NCBI GenBank assembly: GCA_030830785.1
Contig: JAURMI010000007.1
Location: 49,383 to 113,382, forward strand
Length of the DNA: 64,000 bases
From: Crocinitomicaceae bacterium
Lineage (GTDB): Bacteria; Bacteroidota; Bacteroidia; Flavobacteriales_D; Crocinitomicaceae
Reading direction: 5' to 3'
Shown: positions 60,284 to 64,000 of the stretch, one piece after another
Layout of the letters: every line of letters starts with the position of its first letter
Position numbering within the stretch: the first letter of the stretch is position 1
The notes under the pieces: generated by a model
Database searches by the model: none
What the model was told of the DNA's origin: nothing
What the model saw: the letters and a program-made list of their open reading frames with translations, nothing else
Made by a program: the position numbers and the translations under genes

Positions 60284-61002
60284 TGATGCGCATACTCATA
60301 TTTTCTATTTTTTTATTGGGATTTCATGTGCAATCTCAGGCGCAATGGCGTTGGTATTTGCAAGCTGAAATTGGCGCGAACAAGCAAGAAATTTTGAGTA
60401 CTTATCAACTGGCACAGCAACCTTTTGACCCTCAAGCATTTTGGAAAGCCACCTCTGGTGGAGAATTGCAATTTGGATATACTTTGTTAAAGGTGATTAG
60501 TGCATATACAGGTTTGGGTTATACTCATCAAAATATGGCTTATCAAAGTACAGAATGGGCAACAGATGATACTGGCGCCTCCTTTTTACTATTGTGTGAT
60601 AAAACTGCAAAAGGTGAATTACTCACCATCCCTCTAGGCCTAGAATTAAAAGCGTTGAGTTTTCATGTAGGTGGTGGAATGCAATATCGCTATAGAATTC
60701 AAGGCTCCATGCAAACCGATTTTTACGCATTTACACCCGGAGCGCCATCTGCCAATTTACTTAGTTCAGAAATTGGCCCTAACACACAGTCCAAGTTGGA
60801 TATGGGATATTTTGCCTATCTGCAATGGAATCCACTTAAGCGATTGGGTATAAGGGCCAGCGCATATAGAGGATACAGAGACCTGAGCAATGGTTTAGAA
60901 GTAGGTGCTTTTAACCAGTGGCAGCAATTATTTGATCAGGAATCTTTTTCCCTTAAGAACTTACAATTTAATTTAGGAATTAATATCCGTTTATCTGAAT
61001 AG
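60283..61002 (+). CDS. Hypothetical outer-membrane beta-barrel (PorT/OMP_b-brl-like) protein
   Basis: Signal peptide, LTIPL motif, terminal strand QFNLGINIRL. Confidence 0.6.
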   Translation: MMRILIFSIFLLGFHVQSQAQWRWYLQAEIGANKQEILSTYQLAQQPFDPQAFWKATSGGELQFGYTLLKVISAYTGLGYTHQNMAYQSTEWATDDTGASFLLLCDKTAKGELLTIPLGLELKALSFHVGGGMQYRYRIQGSMQTDFYAFTPGAPSANLLSSEIGPNTQSKLDMGYFAYLQWNPLKRLGIRASAYRGYRDLSNGLEVGAFNQWQQLFDQESFSLKNLQFNLGINIRLSE

Positions 61003-61016
61003 CCTGATGAAAAGAA

Positions 61017-61610
61017 TTAATTTTCATTAGATGAAAGACGCTCAATTTCTAAAACTATTTTTTCAATTTGATTTAAAATAGGCCTTCCATCATTTTGTAT
61101 TATAAACGGGCTGCGTTTTATTTTTTCGTTATCCGGCCATTGATGTTCCATTCTTTCAAGCACCTTTTCTCGTGTTAAATTATCTCTTTGCATGACGCGA
61201 TCGATTCTAATTTCTATTGGAGCTACTACCAAAATAATGGCATCAAAATGTTGATTACTTCCTGTTTCAAACAAAATTGCGGCTTCGTTAAAAACCAATT
61301 CGGTGGTTTGATTATTGGCCCATTTTCTAAATTCTTCTCGCACCAAAGGGTGCACCAACCCGGATATTTGTTCTTTTAAATTGGGATTTGAAAATATTCG
61401 CTTGGCTAAAAAATCTTTTTGAAAAACACCATCTTTATAAACTTCTGAACCAACGATATGCTTCAGTTTTTTTTTCAATTCATGATTAGAACTGTAAAGT
61501 TTCTTAGCCTCAAAGTCTGAGTAAAAAACTGGGTAATTCATTTTTTCCAATACTTTGGCAATACATGTTTTACCCGAACCTATCCCGCCTGTTATACCTA
61601 TGAGAACCAT
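61017..61610 (-). CDS. coaE: Dephospho-CoA kinase
   Basis: GITGGIGSGKT, VHPLV, EAAILFE, RVMQRD. Confidence 0.95.
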   Translation of the reverse strand: MVLIGITGGIGSGKTCIAKVLEKMNYPVFYSDFEAKKLYSSNHELKKKLKHIVGSEVYKDGVFQKDFLAKRIFSNPNLKEQISGLVHPLVREEFRKWANNQTTELVFNEAAILFETGSNQHFDAIILVVAPIEIRIDRVMQRDNLTREKVLERMEHQWPDNEKIKRSPFIIQNDGRPILNQIEKIVLEIERLSSNEN

Positions 61611-61648
61611 GACTCTAAATTAGAGAAAGAAAATTGTAATTTTGCAGC

Positions 61649-62401
61649 ATGTCAAAAAAAGAGTGGTTTGCTTCATGGTTCGACTCCCCCTATTACCATA
61701 TGTTGTATAAGCACCGTGACGATAATGAAGCACAGCGCTTTTTAAGTAATTTATTAGAAAAAATTCAATTGCCTTCAAAGGCTAATATTCTTGATTTAGC
61801 TTGTGGAAAAGGTAGACATGCAACGAGCCTTGCTCAAATGGGATATCATGTAATGGGTGCGGATTTATCAGAAAATAGTATCCTTAGCGCAATGCAAAGT
61901 CGGGATGCTCATCAACTTAAAAATCTCGATTTTTTAGTACACGATATGCGCAACCCCATTAAAGGAGTTAATTTTGATGCAGTATTTAATTTATTCACAA
62001 GTTTTGGCTATTTCCAAACCATTGAAGAAAATCAGCGTGTTTGCCAGGCAATCCATCAGATGCTCAAATCGAAGGGAATATTGGTCATTGATTTTTTAAA
62101 TGCACATAAAGTCCAGGCAAACTTGAAAGCACTTGAGCAAATTAATAGCGAGGGTCTTGTGTTCAATATTGAACGTTGGTATGATTCCAATCACTTTTAT
62201 AAAAAAATAGAAGTCATTGATTCAAAAAATATTGAAATGAGCACCCATATTGAACGTGTTCAGGCCTTAGAATTTTCAGATTTCAAATTGTTGTTGGAAC
62301 CCCATTTTAAAATTGAAGCTACCTTTGGTTCCTATTTAATGGAAGACTTTGACCATCAAAATAGCGACCGACTTATTATAATTGCAAAAAAGACAACATG
62401 A
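61649..62401 (+). CDS. Class I SAM-dependent methyltransferase
   Basis: LDLACGKGRH, DLS, HDMR, FTSFGYF; TAATTTTG at 61637-61644. Confidence 0.9.
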   Translation: MSKKEWFASWFDSPYYHMLYKHRDDNEAQRFLSNLLEKIQLPSKANILDLACGKGRHATSLAQMGYHVMGADLSENSILSAMQSRDAHQLKNLDFLVHDMRNPIKGVNFDAVFNLFTSFGYFQTIEENQRVCQAIHQMLKSKGILVIDFLNAHKVQANLKALEQINSEGLVFNIERWYDSNHFYKKIEVIDSKNIEMSTHIERVQALEFSDFKLLLEPHFKIEATFGSYLMEDFDHQNSDRLIIIAKKTT

Positions 62402-63165
62402 ACTTTTACGTTATTGAATTAATCCTTCTAGTATCGGTCATTTTTGGTGGATTGGTGGTGAGTTATTTAAAAGCCACCAACAAAAATCAATATATAAAGT
62501 TGGCATTGGCATTTAGTGGCGGGTTTTTATTGGCTGTGATTTTTCAGCATTTATTACCTGAACTCTATGGCGCCCATCAAGGCCATCTGCATGAAGCACA
62601 TACAACACTTCCTGTTTTTGAAGTAGGTGTATTTATATTATTAGGATTTTTAGTGCAGTTAGTATTGGAATATTTCTCTGGGGGTATCGAACATGGGCAT
62701 GTGCATGTGCACAAGGGTCAAAAAATGCCTTGGCCACTTTTTATTTCTCTATCTGTTCACTCAGTCATAGAAGGCATACCGCTTGGCAATATGTTACAAA
62801 TGGGTATGGTTGATAACGTTTTAATACCGTATAACGGAAGCTTTTTTTGGGGTATCGTATTGCATCAAATTCCAGTTTCTATTGCATTAATGACACTTTT
62901 ATTGGCTACAAACATCAAACGTCAACAAGCATGGTTAATTTTATTGGCATTTGGGCTCATGACACCCCTTGGAGTTGTGCTAGGATTGGGCATCACAACC
63001 CAACAACTTGGTATTGATGTAAATGTCATTTTAGCAATCGTTGTAGGTATGTTTTTGCATATTTCCACAACGATTATTTTTGAAACTTCAGAAAATCATA
63101 AGTTCAATTTACTTAAACTTATTAGTATTGTAGTAGGGGTGCTTCTCGCCCTATGGCTTTTTTAA
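62398..63165 (+). CDS. ZIP family metal transporter
   Basis: AFSGGFLL, HLLPE, HGHVH, HSVIEG, LHQIP, GMFLHIST. Confidence 0.88.
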   Translation: MNFYVIELILLVSVIFGGLVVSYLKATNKNQYIKLALAFSGGFLLAVIFQHLLPELYGAHQGHLHEAHTTLPVFEVGVFILLGFLVQLVLEYFSGGIEHGHVHVHKGQKMPWPLFISLSVHSVIEGIPLGNMLQMGMVDNVLIPYNGSFFWGIVLHQIPVSIALMTLLLATNIKRQQAWLILLAFGLMTPLGVVLGLGITTQQLGIDVNVILAIVVGMFLHISTTIIFETSENHKFNLLKLISIVVGVLLALWLF

Positions 63166-63176
63166 ATTCAAAAAAA

Positions 63177-63569
63177 TTAAAACGGAAGATCGTCGTCATC
63201 TTCAGAACTTGAATTGTTTTCGGGCACTGAATCTGCACTAATATTCATTGCCGAAGGGCCACTAGTGGGGATTCCCATTCCTTGATTTTGACCTTGCTTT
63301 TCGATTCTCCATGCTTCAATTGTATTGAAATATTTGACTTCTCCTTGCGGACTTGTCCATTCACGTCCTCTTAAATTAAATGATACCTCAACACTATCAT
63401 TTACTGCAAATTGATCAAGTAAATTGCATTTATCTTGTGTGGCTTGAAAAAGAATATCTTGAGGGTACATTGATGTTGTATCACTTACTACAAACTCTCT
63501 TTTTTGAAATTTTTCTGAGATTCGTTGTGTTTCTTGAATGACTTTAATAGTTCCGGTAAACTTAAACAT
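63177..63569 (-). CDS. DUF3127 family protein (OB-fold-like) with SSB-type acidic tail
   Basis: FQKREFVV, YPQ, FNLRGREW, YFN.IEAWRI, C-terminal DDDDLPF. Confidence 0.85.
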   Translation of the reverse strand: MFKFTGTIKVIQETQRISEKFQKREFVVSDTTSMYPQDILFQATQDKCNLLDQFAVNDSVEVSFNLRGREWTSPQGEVKYFNTIEAWRIEKQGQNQGMGIPTSGPSAMNISADSVPENNSSSEDDDDLPF

Positions 63570-63595
63570 GGATTTAATTTTAAATATATGATTGA

Positions 63596-64000
63596 TTAAT
63601 TATTGAAAGAGAGAAGGGTTAGCCAAGCGTCATTTAATAATTGCTGCTCAAGCAATTCTTTTGCGCGATGATGCAGCGCAAGTTCTAATGCCGCAGGGTC
63701 ATCTTCATGTGATAAAAATAGATTTGACAGTTCTAAGAGTTTGTATTCATTGACATCCGTTTCATTTGGTAAGGCCTCAATTGAGGCCAGTTGCCCCAAA
63801 TTATTTGCGCTTAAAATGGAGCTGTTTTTAATGTCTGAAGGCAAAGCATCAAATCCAATTGGGCAAGTGGTAATTGGTTTTTTAATTTCGAACATTGAGG
63901 CCGAATTGGCATGGCAATACCAATCACCTCCCATCCTGGCAACGAGGTTAATTTTTTGTTGGTCGATTAGACCATTTTCTGTTAGTAGTTCTTTTTGAAT
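63596..64000 (-). CDS. Flavin reductase family protein, 3' part; starts outside the window
   Basis: Frame open to the window edge; IDQQKINLVARMGGDWYC, FEIKKP, IGFDALP, LSANNLGQL typical of the Bacteroidota flavin reductase-like C-terminus. Confidence 0.75.
   Translation of the reverse strand: MQKELLTENGLIDQQKINLVARMGGDWYCHANSASMFEIKKPITTCPIGFDALPSDIKNSSILSANNLGQLASIEALPNETDVNEYKLLELSNLFLSHEDDPAALELALHHRAKELLEQQLLNDAWLTLLSFNN

Noticed and set aside
61004..61030. Hairpin CTGATGAAAA/TTTTCATTAG between the OMP gene and coaE
   Set aside because: AT-rich stem without a U-tract; not supportable as an intrinsic terminator
1..64000. CRISPR arrays, tRNA/rRNA genes, IS elements, prophage, defence systems, recoding or frameshifted genes
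   Set aside because: No periodic repeats, RNA-gene signatures, transposase/integrase or phage genes were seen; recognised genes look full length under the standard code

Overview
An AT-rich, very gene-dense stretch of core chromosome from a member of the Bacteroidota, order Flavobacteriales. A Crocinitomicaceae/Fluviicola-like lineage is my inference from protein style and gene order. Bacteroidota evidence: T9SS translocon sprA in a maeB-ruvA-sprA cluster, a T9SS C-terminal-domain protease, and many TAnnTTTG (-7) promoter elements. About 50 CDSs cover housekeeping (glyQS 5' part, sucAB, maeB, etfAB, menA, pgi, purF, gcvP, pruA, coaE, recF, ruvA, waaA), a nucleotide-sugar/O-acylation cassette (wbpA/B/D/E-like, ugd, uxs, rfbB, MBOAT plus partner), metal handling (Cys-Cys TonB-dependent receptor with an exported HMA protein, ZIP transporter), peptidases and a bacterial (6-4)-photolyase-like protein lacking Fe-S cysteines. 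I saw no tRNA/rRNA, CRISPR array, IS/integrase or prophage. The most interesting unexplained signal is the 1321-1639 intergenic region: a minus-strand structured RNA candidate with a repeated motif, upstream direct and inverted operator-like repeats, and a terminator. Other highlights are widespread apparently leaderless and back-to-back promoters, terminators encoded inside convergent CDSs, a Kelch-TM-winged-helix one-component sensor candidate, and an SSB-tailed DUF3127 protein. All calls come from motif recognition by eye; no database searches were run.
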